From a virus: DNA of 46,583 bases. Location of the stretch: UHGV virus genome UHGV-1364951, one strand, 5' to 3'. The position numbers and the translations under genes are program-made. Positions 8,639 to 17,845 of this stretch are shown here, one piece after another (position 1 is the first letter of the stretch; the number at the start of each line of letters is the position of its first letter). The notes beneath the pieces are model-generated. The model was given only the letters and a program-made list of their open reading frames with translations. It ran no database searches and was not told where the DNA came from.

Positions 8639-9008
8639 ACTTGTCGCCGCCATGGCGTCAAGAGGTGTAACTATCACCACGGCGGACGCAACGGGCATCC
8701 TGTGTCTGGTGGCGAGCATCACAGAGTGCCTTGAGCTTAATTACCCTGAAGACACATGCAGGCAGGATGCAATTCTGCTATGGGCATCTATCCTGATCGC
8801 CTCAAATACAGCCGGGAGATACATCACCAGCCACCGGGCGCCATCTGGCGCGTCGCAATCATTTGGCTATGGCAGCAAGCCGTGGATGGCCCTTTACAAT
8901 CAGATGAAACTACTCGACACGGCAGATTGCACAGGCGACCTTGTGGAAGAGCCTGATGGAAGTGCAAAGCCGTGGTTTCGAGTTGTTACCGGGAGTAAGT
9001 GCAAATGA
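8616..9008 (+). CDS. putative head-tail connector/adaptor protein
   Basis: ATG at 8616, in frame with track ORF 8547..9008; about 130 aa; position and size typical of a gp6-like adaptor. Confidence 0.35.
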   Translation: MAAPTASELVAAMASRGVTITTADATGILCLVASITECLELNYPEDTCRQDAILLWASILIASNTAGRYITSHRAPSGASQSFGYGSKPWMALYNQMKLLDTADCTGDLVEEPDGSAKPWFRVVTGSKCK

Positions 9009-9126
9009 AAACGTTAACATTAACTGTAAATATCGCAATCCGTAAATGGTGCATGCCGTTGCTGGTTATTCTGGTATTGCTGCGTCTTCCTGTTCCGCGC
9101 TGGGTTTATACTCTTGAGGCCGCGCC

Positions 9127-9471
9127 ATGTCAGCAATAGCGAGATGGAGCTATACGCAGCCATGCACAATCTGGCGGCTTACTGGCAAGGATAAGTATGG
9201 CAAGCCGACATTCGCTGCGCCAGAATCCATCATGTGTGATTATGGCTTCGATAAGAATCTGACCACCGGGACTGCTGGCAATGAGATCGCACAGAAAAAC
9301 ACATTCTGGACGGAATATCAGAATGCGTCTGTTGGCGACTTCATCATGATTGGCACCATTACCAGTGCTGACCCGCTGACCGCCGGAGCTGACCAGATTA
9401 GAAACGTAGTGAATTACGGCAATACGTTAGACCGCAATGACCTGCCTGATTTTGCGCTGGTAACGGGGTAA
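9127..9471 (+). CDS. putative head closure / neck protein
   Basis: 114 aa ORF in the head-tail joining block. Confidence 0.35.
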   Translation: MSAIARWSYTQPCTIWRLTGKDKYGKPTFAAPESIMCDYGFDKNLTTGTAGNEIAQKNTFWTEYQNASVGDFIMIGTITSADPLTAGADQIRNVVNYGNTLDRNDLPDFALVTG

Positions 9472-9474
9472 TTT

Positions 9475-9891
9475 ATGGCCGCCAAAATGCGAGGTATCCA
9501 GCAGGCGATTAAGCGCACTCAGCAGATAGTCGGCGAGATTACTGGAGAAAAGGCTGTGCGGGCCATAAAGAGCGCCAACTTTATTATCCGTACTGAAGCA
9601 GCCAGCATGACTCCAATAGCCACATCAACGCTGATAAACAGCCAGTATGACACCGTTGAGGTTAATGGCACTCGCATAACTGGAAAGATTGGATATGCTG
9701 CTAATTACGCCCTGTATGTCCATAATGCACCTGGTACGCTGCTGGGTACGAATACGCCGCGCACAGGGCGGCTCAAAGGAAAGGGCAACGTATGGGATAA
9801 GAGCGGTGAGCCTAAATTCCTTCTCAAGGCTGGCGAAAATACACGCGAGCTTGTCGATCAGGTAATTAAAAAAGAGATGACGCTAAAATGA
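9475..9891 (+). CDS. HK97 gp10-family-like tail component
   Basis: 138 aa; the motifs (…GNVWDKSG…) and the position resemble the gp10 family. Confidence 0.4.
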   Translation: MAAKMRGIQQAIKRTQQIVGEITGEKAVRAIKSANFIIRTEAASMTPIATSTLINSQYDTVEVNGTRITGKIGYAANYALYVHNAPGTLLGTNTPRTGRLKGKGNVWDKSGEPKFLLKAGENTRELVDQVIKKEMTLK

Positions 9892-10271
9892 GAGATATGC
9901 TTGAACTTGTCGACCAGTACCTTAGCGATGCCGGTCTTTATGATGGGTGGACTTCTCAGCTTGAGTTCTGGAACGATACCGAAGTTGGCACCGAGCGCTT
10001 TATGGTGCTGCAATCCAATGGTGGCACTAGCGTAAGTAAAGGACTCGGCGGAGATTACTATTTTTCGCTCTATGTTGTCGGCCAGCAGGGTCAGTACAAC
10101 ATCGAAGAGACAAAAGCAAAGGCGCTTGATATCATCGCATACATCAAAGAGCATCCAGTTGATAGTTGTATTGGCATGATTCAGTTGCAGGCGCCGCTTG
10201 GTCGCCCTACGCTTACGACAGAGCAGAGGCCGGTTTATGAATTGTTGCTGAGGGTTGTTTTTGGTGAGTAA
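9888..10271 (+). CDS. putative tail terminator / tail completion protein
   Basis: 127 aa, ATGA-coupled; last gene before the tRNAs and the major tail gene. Confidence 0.35.
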   Translation: MRDMLELVDQYLSDAGLYDGWTSQLEFWNDTEVGTERFMVLQSNGGTSVSKGLGGDYYFSLYVVGQQGQYNIEETKAKALDIIAYIKEHPVDSCIGMIQLQAPLGRPTLTTEQRPVYELLLRVVFGE

Positions 10272-10350
10272 TGGTTACCGCGACAGGATTCGAACCTGTA
10301 ATCATCCGATTATGAGTCGGGTGCTTTAACCAGTTAAGCTAAACGGGAGT
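10272..10350 (-). tRNA. tRNA-like element, anticodon CAU (Met/Ile2-type), aberrant acceptor stem
   Basis: Minus strand shows D-arm GCTT/AAGC, anticodon stem-loop CCCGA-CTCATAA-TCGGA, T-arm ACAGG-TTCGAAT-CCTGT and 3' CGCGGTA-A-CCA. The 5' strand (…CTCCCGTTTA) cannot pair with CGCGGTA as read, so this may be a pseudo or chimeric tRNA. Confidence 0.35.
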
Positions 10351-10351
10351 T

Positions 10352-10429
10352 TGGTGCACCATACTGGATTCGAACCAGTGACCTACGGATTAGAAGTCCG
10401 TTGCTACTATCCTGCTGAGCTAATGGTGC
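10352..10429 (-). tRNA. tRNA-Arg (anticodon UCU)
   Basis: Minus strand: acceptor GCACCAT/ATGGTGC, anticodon arm ACGGA-CTTCTAA-TCCGT, T-arm ACTGG-TTCGAAT-CCAGT, encoded CCA. Confidence 0.65.
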
Positions 10430-10477
10430 GTTGCGTTGTTGATTCGAATCTACACCACCAATCAAAACCTGTCAACA

Positions 10478-10486
10478 TGATATAAT
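10478..10486 (+). promoter_or_regulatory. extended -10 promoter (TGaTATAAT) upstream of major tail gene
   Basis: tgatataat lies 35 bp upstream of the ATG at 10521. Confidence 0.3.
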
Positions 10487-10520
10487 GCGATTGTTTAGCT
10501 AAACACAGAGGATTCTAAAC

Positions 10521-11276
10521 ATGGCTATTTGTGCAAATGATAACGGCATCATCACAGGTCGCCAGTCTCTCATTGAGCTGGCTGATGGCTGCTGGGATGC
10601 TGTGCCAGCAGAGGAAGACTGGAAGTTTTTTGCTCCCATGACCTCAAAAGGCGTCGACTTCAGTCCAAGCACCACCACTTCAGAGGCTGATGATGGCGAT
10701 GGCTTTGTCGCCACGCTGGTCACTACGGCAGACCTCACCATTTCCGGTGATTTTGAAGTTCGCAAGGCTGACAAGGCTGATGAGTATGGCGTGCACAACC
10801 TCATCAAATACTTTGTCACCGAAGTAAAAGCGCGTCGCCAGCCGTCGCTGTGGGTTCGCCAGACCACCGGTAATACTGTTGTCGTGTCTTACTGCAACAT
10901 TACCGCTCTGAGCTACGATGGCGGCACCAACGACATCATCACCGGCTCTGTTGAACTCAAGCCGTATGATGGCTCTACCGTTGACGTGTCCAGCATCGAA
11001 GACCTGACGCTGACTACTGATATCAGCGCAACAAAAAGCGTTACCACTGGCGCCACTCTGACGCTCGGTCCGGTGGTTGCGGCTGGCGGTGTAGAGCCTT
11101 ATACCTACCAATGGTATAAAGGCACCACGCCGATCAGCAGTGCTAATACCAACACGTTCACCAAGGCCACTGCTGCCGCAGGTGATGCTGGTACGTACTT
11201 CTGCCGCGTGATGGACTCGGCAACCAGTCCTGATTACGTTGACTCTACTAAGTGTGTCGTCACCGTGACCGAATAA
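10521..11276 (+). CDS. major tail protein with C-terminal Ig-like (Big_2-type) domain
   Basis: 251 aa; T/S/V-rich beta-strand repeats; C-terminal …YTYQWYKG…AGTYFCRV… Ig-like signature; strong terminator follows. Confidence 0.6.
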   Translation: MAICANDNGIITGRQSLIELADGCWDAVPAEEDWKFFAPMTSKGVDFSPSTTTSEADDGDGFVATLVTTADLTISGDFEVRKADKADEYGVHNLIKYFVTEVKARRQPSLWVRQTTGNTVVVSYCNITALSYDGGTNDIITGSVELKPYDGSTVDVSSIEDLTLTTDISATKSVTTGATLTLGPVVAAGGVEPYTYQWYKGTTPISSANTNTFTKATAAAGDAGTYFCRVMDSATSPDYVDSTKCVVTVTE

Positions 11277-11278
11277 AG

Positions 11279-11306
11279 AAAACCCCCGAAAGGGGGTTTA
11301 TTTTTT
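11279..11306. terminator. strong intrinsic terminator (bidirectional)
   Basis: aaacccccgaaagggggtttatttttt. Confidence 0.65.
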
Positions 11307-11483
11307 CAGCAATGAAGATACGCGGATTCTCCACAATGACAAGTTAGCGAGCGATACCGCTAACTCCATGTGAATCAATCTAAGTTTTTCAATATCAACA
11401 AAGACCGGGGCGTTGTATTGTTGATTGCTTCTTATGTACTTTGAAATAGTATCAGCATCATTATTATCAAGAGTCATCATCAT
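11298..11483 (-). CDS. hypothetical protein (61 aa)
   Basis: last gene of the leftward moron island; overlaps the 114-aa gene. Confidence 0.3.
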   Translation of the reverse strand: MMMTLDNNDADTISKYIRSNQQYNAPVFVDIEKLRLIHMELAVSLANLSLWRIRVSSLLKK

Positions 11484-11808
11484 TCTCCTCTCTGATTGCA
11501 GTATACAGTTGTCGACGCAACATACACAGCGCTCCGTGTGGCATAAACTGTGAAACCATTCCGTCGAATATCTTCCGGTTTAATTTATTATCAATTCTCG
11601 GCCTGATTGCAGACCAGCATGACCTGATTGCGTGATTTACAGGTCTGCGGTCCAGCATTGCGAGTCGTGCAGCTAACTCAATGGTCACAAGCGCATCGAG
11701 ATATTGCTCGCATGCATAGCGACTATCATCTTCCGCTGATGTCCTCACGCCTGTAAATTCACCATCAGAATGAGCGCCATCATCTTCACCTACAGATTCA
11801 ATATCCAT
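11467..11808 (-). CDS. hypothetical acidic protein (113 aa)
   Basis: ATG at 11808 (MDIES…); track ORF extends to a TTG at 11811. Confidence 0.45.
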   Translation of the reverse strand: MDIESVGEDDGAHSDGEFTGVRTSAEDDSRYACEQYLDALVTIELAARLAMLDRRPVNHAIRSCWSAIRPRIDNKLNRKIFDGMVSQFMPHGALCMLRRQLYTAIREENDDDS

Positions 11809-11960
11809 CAAGCTCTCCTGGTTTTATTCTTTATACCCCACAAAATCAGATTGGCAATAAACTCAGATCGTCTCAGGTGAATTGCTATCGCATAGTTTAT
11901 GTCGATGCGCTGGCCTGCATATGCAGATATCACATCTTCGTCATCTTTGTTAACTGGCAT
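11808..11960 (-). CDS. hypothetical protein (50 aa)
   Basis: MPVNKDDEDVISAYAGQRIDINYAIAIHLRRSEFIANLILWGIKNKTRRA; TGATG overlap with the downstream gene. Confidence 0.3.
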   Translation of the reverse strand: MPVNKDDEDVISAYAGQRIDINYAIAIHLRRSEFIANLILWGIKNKTRRA

Positions 11961-12255
11961 TTTTGGACTCCTGCATCATGAGGAAGACAATCATTGCGGC
12001 GCGGAGTGGGTTTTTGTGGTTTACGCGATGTTTAACATATGCAGTCTTGAATTGCGCTCGCCATGTTTTCTCGTGCCTGTTCACCACAATACATTCCAGA
12101 GAAATGCTATTATTAACAATAATCGGCCACGCATCTGCTGGGTTGTTGCAGTAGTCTTTTGCTTTAAATGAATCCAGCCCTGAAATTTCCATAACCTCTG
12201 AATGCACGCGGCAATTAATCTCAAAATCACTCATCTTGCTGTAATCAGTGCTCAT
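11950..12255 (-). CDS. hypothetical protein (101 aa)
   Basis: track ORF; overlaps its neighbours. Confidence 0.45.
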   Translation of the reverse strand: MSTDYSKMSDFEINCRVHSEVMEISGLDSFKAKDYCNNPADAWPIIVNNSISLECIVVNRHEKTWRAQFKTAYVKHRVNHKNPLRAAMIVFLMMQESKNAS

Positions 12256-12386
12256 CTCTTATCCTCCACCACTACGCCAATCTTAGCCAGCAACAAAATC
12301 GCCTTTACACGGGCCTCCTCATAGGTGTAGCCCTGATCAATGTAAAGGTCGATGTAAAATCTCAAATCAGCATCAGTCTCGTTCAT
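12252..12386 (-). CDS. hypothetical protein (44 aa), first gene of island
   Basis: MNETDADLRFYIDLYIDQGYTYEEARVKAILLLAKIGVVVEDKR; ATGA overlap with the 101-aa gene; SD gaggg upstream. Confidence 0.3.
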   Translation of the reverse strand: MNETDADLRFYIDLYIDQGYTYEEARVKAILLLAKIGVVVEDKR

Positions 12387-12399
12387 ATGTCAAACCCTC

Positions 12400-12428
12400 A
12401 ATCACCTTATGCTTTCAATCTACGTCAG
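12400..12428 (-). promoter_or_regulatory. consensus-type promoter cTGACGtagattg-N10-GTGATT for leftward island
   Basis: The + strand reads CAATCTACGTCAG at 12416-12428; the -10 match is weak. Confidence 0.35.
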
Positions 12429-12446
12429 TTTTGCTCCCCCTGTCAA

Positions 12447-12455
12447 TGGTATAAT
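12447..12455 (+). promoter_or_regulatory. extended -10 (TGgTATAAT) promoter for tail chaperone/TMP operon
   Basis: tggtataat lies 29 bp upstream of the ATG at 12484. Confidence 0.35.
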
Positions 12456-12483
12456 TACGTCATTGTGAAAACAGGATTTAGAC

Positions 12484-13191
12484 ATGAGACAACGCACACC
12501 GCTAACAGAAATCGGAGAGATGCGCATCTCCCTGGCTGACAAGTCTTTTTTCTTCAAGCCATCATTTGCGGCGATGAATGATCTTGGTTCACCGAAAGAG
12601 ATTGTCGAGCTGTACGCTACGCTTAATGGCTATGAATACGCGGCCATACTTGGCGCTATTCAGTCATTGCCGTATGGAGCGCAGATTCAGGTGGCAAAAA
12701 TCCTGTCACGCCCTGCCTATGGTAAGAAAGTGCTCAGCGCCGCCTGCCTCATCATGCAGTCCTGTTGCGATGATGATATCTCGGTGCTCATTGGGTCATG
12801 GAAGCCAACTCCGCGCGGTGTGAAGTACGTCACCGGAAGAATGCCAGTAAATGACATTATTATTATTGCTCGCAACCTGATGGAGCATGGCATCATCGGC
12901 AAGTCTCCACTCAAGGTTCCTCAGCGCTCGGAAAACCAAAAGCGTACAACCAGTGAGTTGAGAATGTCGGATTACATCATCTCAGCTCGCACCCATTTCG
13001 GAATCACCCGTGAGGAAGCCGAAGACCTGACCATGACCGAGTATCAGCAGATGATAAAATCAAAATACCCGGAACCGGAAGGCATGACGCGCGAGCAGTA
13101 TGATGCGTCTTATGAACGGGCCAAGCTGAATAAACAGAAACTGAAAGAGAAAGCCGCCAGAAAGGCCGCTAAAAGCAAAGGAGCAAAATAA
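12484..13191 (+). CDS. putative tail assembly chaperone
   Basis: 235 aa ORF immediately upstream of the tape-measure gene and coupled to it (ATGA); basic C-terminus. Confidence 0.4.
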   Translation: MRQRTPLTEIGEMRISLADKSFFFKPSFAAMNDLGSPKEIVELYATLNGYEYAAILGAIQSLPYGAQIQVAKILSRPAYGKKVLSAACLIMQSCCDDDISVLIGSWKPTPRGVKYVTGRMPVNDIIIIARNLMEHGIIGKSPLKVPQRSENQKRTTSELRMSDYIISARTHFGITREEAEDLTMTEYQQMIKSKYPEPEGMTREQYDASYERAKLNKQKLKEKAARKAAKSKGAK

Positions 13192-16100
13192 TGGCAGAAG
13201 AAGTTGGCGGCATTGTCTATGAGGTTGGCATTGATACATCTCAGTTAGCGGCTGGCAGTCGTGAAATAGAGTCAATGCTAAATGACCTTAGTGGGAACAT
13301 GGGGCGGCTCGAGGCCAGTGTAAACAGGACGGAGCGCTCCATAAGCTCAATGGAAGGAACCATGTCGAGCCTCACCGGGGTTGCAAAAGGCTTGCTTGCC
13401 GCGCTCTCTGTGCAACAGGTCGGAGCCTACGCTCAGGCGTGGCAGGATATGAGTAACAAACTCTCTAACGCTGTGAGAGATTCAGTTCCGCCGTTCGAAA
13501 CCCTTGCCGATGTAACTAATCGTGTTTTTGATATCGCGCAAAAAACACGCTCAGGACTGGACGCAACGGCAACCCTGTACGCCAGACTTGAGAGGTCTAC
13601 CAGAAGCTATGGTGTAAGCGTGGAAGACCTGACAAGGCTGACAACAATAATCAATCAGGGTTTTGTTGTATCCGGCGCGTCAGCTGAGGAGGCGAGCAAC
13701 GCAATTATACAGCTTGCACAAGGCATGGCATCTGGCGCCCTTCGAGGAGATGAGTTTAACTCAGTAAACGAGCAGGGAAACCGGCTCATGATAGCTCTTG
13801 CCGACTCTCTGGGTGTTGGCATCGGTGAGCTTAGAAATATGGCTGCGCAAGGGAAACTGACAACTGATGTTATAGTTAATGGCCTTCTGTCGCAGGGAGA
13901 CAGTATTGGGAGAGAGTTCGCCAAAACAACTTCTACCATCAGCCAGTCTCTGGAGATAGCCGGAAATAACGTTGCAAGATTCTTTGGGGAAAACGCAACG
14001 GTAAAAACAGGTGTAAAAATCTTTAGCGATTCAGTGATACTGGCCAGTGAAAATATTCAGGCGCTTGGCACAGCGCTGACTGTTGTTGCTGGAATCATGG
14101 GGAGTCGATATGTAGGCGCGCTGGCAATGTCCACTGCCGCGAAAATATCAGATATAGCAGCATCAAGACAGCAATTAATAGCTGAGAACCAGCAGGCACA
14201 ATCAGCACTTGTGGCTGCAAATTCCGCGCAGAGGAAGGCTTTAGCTGATAAAGAGGCGGCGCTATCATCTCTGGCGCTTGCTCAGGCTGAATATAACGTA
14301 GCAAAAGGCAGTGCAGCCGAGATGCTGGCGCTTGATGCTCTGGTTGCAGCAAAATCAAGAGCTAGTGCCGCGTCACTATCCCTTGCTCAGGCTGAAAACG
14401 CACAGGCTACGGCATCAGCGAGAGCAGCATCCGCGGCAAGCGCTGCATCGGTAGGAATTGGCCTTGCCAGAGGTGCTCTTTCATTGATAGGCGGGCCAGC
14501 AGGCGCGGCGATGTTAGCAGCGGGGGCAATATTTTACTTTTGGCAGAAAGCACAGCAAGCCAGAGAAGAAGCAATCCGCTTTGCCGATAGTCTGGACAAA
14601 GTAAACGCCTCAATGAAGGCGATGAATAATACCCAACTCAGGGGGGTGATAGCTGACGCCAATATTTCAATTTCGGCGCAAAAGGATGCTGTGAGAAATC
14701 TGCAAAGTGAAGTTGATGCACTTCGTGAGAGGTATCTTAGCTTCACTCCTGCCGCGCAAGAGGTGGCTGAGTCACTTGGTCAAGGGTCGCAATTTGCTTC
14801 TGATCAGGAAAGGGTGCTCAATGAATTAAATAAAAAATCAAGAGATTTAGCTGATGCTCAGGATAAACTAGCAAGAACTCAGGACACGGCAGCAGAAGCA
14901 AGCAGAACCCTAACAAACAACATGCTTACCTCAATGGGGGTGCACGATGGTCTGATTGAGAAAGGCTCGACTCTTGAGAGAGTGCAGGGGGCGGTGGCAA
15001 GAGCATTTGGATTGACTGCCGATGAGATAAACAGAGCAAACCAAGCCGGGCAAAACTTCAACCCCAAATCCTTGCAGGTGTCAGCCCCAACAAAAGAAGC
15101 TGATAAGATGATTCTCAGTCTTGAGGAGCAGAATCAGCTTTTAAAAATACAGGATGAAAGACAGAGGGCGGTAACAAAAGCACGACTGGAGGCCCAAAAG
15201 GTAACTGATAACCCCAATCAGATAGCCAGGGCTGCTGAACTTGCAGGACAGATATATGATTTGAATGAGGCCGAGAAAGCAAGAGAAAAAGCACAAAATA
15301 ATTCTCAATCATCGGCAAAAAAAGCAGCCACAGAGCAGGAGAATATCGCCAATAAACTTGAGCAGCTTCGCCAGAAGTCACTGCTTACCGCTGAAAGTAC
15401 AAGAGAGCTTAGCCGCGAACAGTCAATACTGGCTGCTCAGCAATCACTTGGTAAGGGGGCCACTCAGGAGCAAATTAACCTTGCCGGGCAATATGCGGCT
15501 AAGGCATGGGATAACGCCAACGCGCTCAAGGCTCAGGCAGAGGCGGAGAAAAAAAGAGCAGAAGCTGTAAAAGGCTTTGCTGCATTAAAATCGCAGACAT
15601 CCCCAATGTTTGCCGTTGAAACAAACTATCAAAAAGATTTAGCAGCGCTCAATGCTTACGCGGTGGCTTACCCGAAAAAGATAGCGGAGGTTGAGCAGGC
15701 CAGAGCAGCAATTGAGGAGCAATACCGCAAGCAGCGCCTCGATGCCATGTGGCAGGAGTGGAGCCAGCAGAACGCGGCCACACAAGCGGCCGCTGCTGCA
15801 TTTGATGCTTTTGGGCAAACCGCAAGCAACGCCTTAACTGGCGTTCTGACTGGCTCAATGTCTGTTAGCGAGGCTCTACAGTCAATAGGGAGCAATGTGT
15901 TAAATGCGGTTATTAACTCTTTCGTTCAGATGGGCGTGGAGTGGCTTAAATCGGTAATCATGGGACAGGCAGGAATGGCAGCAGCATCTGCCGCAACCGC
16001 TGCTCAGGCGGCAGGAATAGCAGCAGCCATGGCACCAGCAGCAGCGATGACATCACTTGCCACGGGTGGTGCTAACGCAGTACCTGCACAGGCTGGCATT

Positions 16101-16484
16101 GTTTCCACCATTGGTGTTGCTAAAGCAATGTCTGTTGCCGGGGCATTAAAGAATGGTGGGCCTGCGCAGGCTGGCTCAATGTATCAGGTCGGCGAGAACA
16201 ACCTCCCTGAAATCTTCCAGGCCAGCAATGGCAATCAGTACATGATACCCGGGGACAACGGAAAGGTTATCAGCAATAAAGACCTTACCGGCGGCGGCAG
16301 TGGTATCATTATTTATAATAATGTCACCAATAACAGCAGCGGAGCAACGGCCTCATCAACAGCAAGAGATAATGGTGACGGCTCTGTTACAATTGAGACT
16401 ATCGTTGCCGACATAGAAAATGGCGGCCCTATTTCTCAGGCTATTACCAGCAATACCACTGCAACCAGAAGGGCAACAGAATAA
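13191..16484 (+). CDS. tail tape measure protein
   Basis: 1097 aa; long Ala/Gln-rich helical protein with an N-terminal lambda-family TMP-like region (…QGFVVSGASAEEASNAIIQLAQGMASGALRGDEFNSVNEQ…). Confidence 0.75.
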   Translation: MAEEVGGIVYEVGIDTSQLAAGSREIESMLNDLSGNMGRLEASVNRTERSISSMEGTMSSLTGVAKGLLAALSVQQVGAYAQAWQDMSNKLSNAVRDSVPPFETLADVTNRVFDIAQKTRSGLDATATLYARLERSTRSYGVSVEDLTRLTTIINQGFVVSGASAEEASNAIIQLAQGMASGALRGDEFNSVNEQGNRLMIALADSLGVGIGELRNMAAQGKLTTDVIVNGLLSQGDSIGREFAKTTSTISQSLEIAGNNVARFFGENATVKTGVKIFSDSVILASENIQALGTALTVVAGIMGSRYVGALAMSTAAKISDIAASRQQLIAENQQAQSALVAANSAQRKALADKEAALSSLALAQAEYNVAKGSAAEMLALDALVAAKSRASAASLSLAQAENAQATASARAASAASAASVGIGLARGALSLIGGPAGAAMLAAGAIFYFWQKAQQAREEAIRFADSLDKVNASMKAMNNTQLRGVIADANISISAQKDAVRNLQSEVDALRERYLSFTPAAQEVAESLGQGSQFASDQERVLNELNKKSRDLADAQDKLARTQDTAAEASRTLTNNMLTSMGVHDGLIEKGSTLERVQGAVARAFGLTADEINRANQAGQNFNPKSLQVSAPTKEADKMILSLEEQNQLLKIQDERQRAVTKARLEAQKVTDNPNQIARAAELAGQIYDLNEAEKAREKAQNNSQSSAKKAATEQENIANKLEQLRQKSLLTAESTRELSREQSILAAQQSLGKGATQEQINLAGQYAAKAWDNANALKAQAEAEKKRAEAVKGFAALKSQTSPMFAVETNYQKDLAALNAYAVAYPKKIAEVEQARAAIEEQYRKQRLDAMWQEWSQQNAATQAAAAAFDAFGQTASNALTGVLTGSMSVSEALQSIGSNVLNAVINSFVQMGVEWLKSVIMGQAGMAAASAATAAQAAGIAAAMAPAAAMTSLATGGANAVPAQAGIVSTIGVAKAMSVAGALKNGGPAQAGSMYQVGENNLPEIFQASNGNQYMIPGDNGKVISNKDLTGGGSGIIIYNNVTNNSSGATASSTARDNGDGSVTIETIVADIENGGPISQAITSNTTATRRATE

Positions 16485-16954
16485 TGGCTATAGCTTACCC
16501 ATCATGGCTGCCGCTTGCGCAGCGTGCCAGCAAGAACATGACGACTCAAACACCATTCCGCAGCGATCAGCCTGCGGTTGGGGCGCCAATATTTCAAAAG
16601 TTAACGACCGATGTTGCAGTAACATGGAGTTTGACATGGGTTTTCACGCTCAGGCAGGAGCGGGCATTTATGCAGTGGTTGAGAAGCCCAAATTATCTCA
16701 ACAAGTGCAATGAATGGTTCACGATGGATATCGATCTTGGTGGCAGCGGATTACAGAATCAGACTTTGCACTTTACTGATTACCCCGTACAGACAAGTAT
16801 CAATGGCGGCATCGTTACATGGACTGGAAATGTCATCTGTAAAACTCTCAATAACTCCATGGATGAATTTGATGATGTGCTTGTTGAGCTTGATGAGAGA
16901 TGGTATTCATGGCTAGATGAAGTCGTTAACAGGGATTTGCCGGAGTATCCATAA
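16484..16954 (+). CDS. minor tail protein (gpM-position)
   Basis: 156 aa; ATGA-coupled to the TMP gene. Confidence 0.4.
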   Translation: MAIAYPSWLPLAQRASKNMTTQTPFRSDQPAVGAPIFQKLTTDVAVTWSLTWVFTLRQERAFMQWLRSPNYLNKCNEWFTMDIDLGGSGLQNQTLHFTDYPVQTSINGGIVTWTGNVICKTLNNSMDEFDDVLVELDERWYSWLDEVVNRDLPEYP

Positions 16955-17424
16955 TGCCAACATTGCGTGAATACCAGTCAAAAAGGCCAAACTGGAAGCT
17001 GTATGACACCATAACCTTTTATCATTCCTCATTTGGTTATGTCCGGCTAGTTGGCAACGAGTTCTCTGATGTTGTCCTTGGCGGCCAGACCTACCAGCCA
17101 GTACGCATGGATGTAACCAGAAGCCAACAATCGAACACGCCGGTAATTAATGCCACGTTAAAGTTTGCGAGACTGGCTAATGACTTTAAGCAATATTTAA
17201 AGTTATGGTCAGGCTCTGGACGTATTGAGCCTATCACTGCTTTATACCAGCGTTTTGATGAGACTGACAAAGACGCACCATTAAAACCATATACGCTTTA
17301 TGTAAATGATGTGACGCTTGATCAGTCTGATGTAACTGTCTCCATCTCCATAAAAAACCCAATCAATGGCAACGTGGCAAAACTTTATGACATCACAGAA
17401 TTCCCAGGACTGCGTACCGTTTGA
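16954..17424 (+). CDS. minor tail protein, gpL-like N-terminal domain
   Basis: …[14 protein letters not shown]…[11 protein letters not shown]… resembles lambda L (…GRQYQPYPIQG…RPTLTVSNL…); lacks the Cys-rich C-terminal domain of lambda L. Confidence 0.45.
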   Translation: MPTLREYQSKRPNWKLYDTITFYHSSFGYVRLVGNEFSDVVLGGQTYQPVRMDVTRSQQSNTPVINATLKFARLANDFKQYLKLWSGSGRIEPITALYQRFDETDKDAPLKPYTLYVNDVTLDQSDVTVSISIKNPINGNVAKLYDITEFPGLRTV

Positions 17425-17845
17425 CGATTTTGAGCGGCTGATGGCTGGAAAACCATATGTTGACAGATGCTGTCACGTTGATGCAGTTGACTGCTGGGGT
17501 CTGGTGGTGCTTTTCTATCGCCTTTGTATGAATGTCAATGTTCATCACGATAATTCATATTCAAGTGGCGGAGATTTTGTCACTTGTTTCAATGGGGAAG
17601 TTTCATTCTGGAAAGACACAGACCGGCCAAAAATTGGCGATGTGGTGGTTGCCTATCGTGGTAGTCACCCGGTACATGTCGCGCTATGGTGGGGTCGTGA
17701 TAAAATACTGCATGCGCGAGAGAAAACGGCAGTCAAGACAGACCGCCTTAAAACACTCGAAAAATTATCAACAAAATTAAGGTTCCTGACTTATGCCGGT
17801 TATTCACATTCAGAAGATGCCAGGAGTTCCAAAAGAGACGGGTAA
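17366..17845 (+). CDS. tail-associated NlpC/P60 peptidase (gpK-like)
   Basis: Cys-His-His signature (DCWGLVV…HVALWWG…H); the start is uncertain (ATG candidates at 17366, 17387 and 17448). Confidence 0.55.
   Translation: MATWQNFMTSQNSQDCVPFDDFERLMAGKPYVDRCCHVDAVDCWGLVVLFYRLCMNVNVHHDNSYSSGGDFVTCFNGEVSFWKDTDRPKIGDVVVAYRGSHPVHVALWWGRDKILHAREKTAVKTDRLKTLEKLSTKLRFLTYAGYSHSEDARSSKRDG

Noticed and set aside
10431-10460. Third T-loop-like sequence GATTCGAATC next to the tRNAs
   Set aside because: It is a palindrome containing TTCGAAT but has no flanking T-stem complementarity and no D or anticodon arms on either strand. It is probably a remnant or chance.
12578-12823. 81-aa alternative-frame ORF inside the tail-chaperone gene, considered as a G/GT-type frameshift partner
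   Set aside because: No slippery heptamer (XXXYYYZ) was found at a plausible position, and the product is Cys/Arg/Ser-rich noise. It cannot be excluded without ribosome profiling.
13655-15895. Several 60-100-aa minus-strand ORFs inside the tape-measure gene
   Set aside because: Antisense ORFs in a long Ala/Gln-rich (GC-biased) gene. They have no starts with an SD and no intergenic space.
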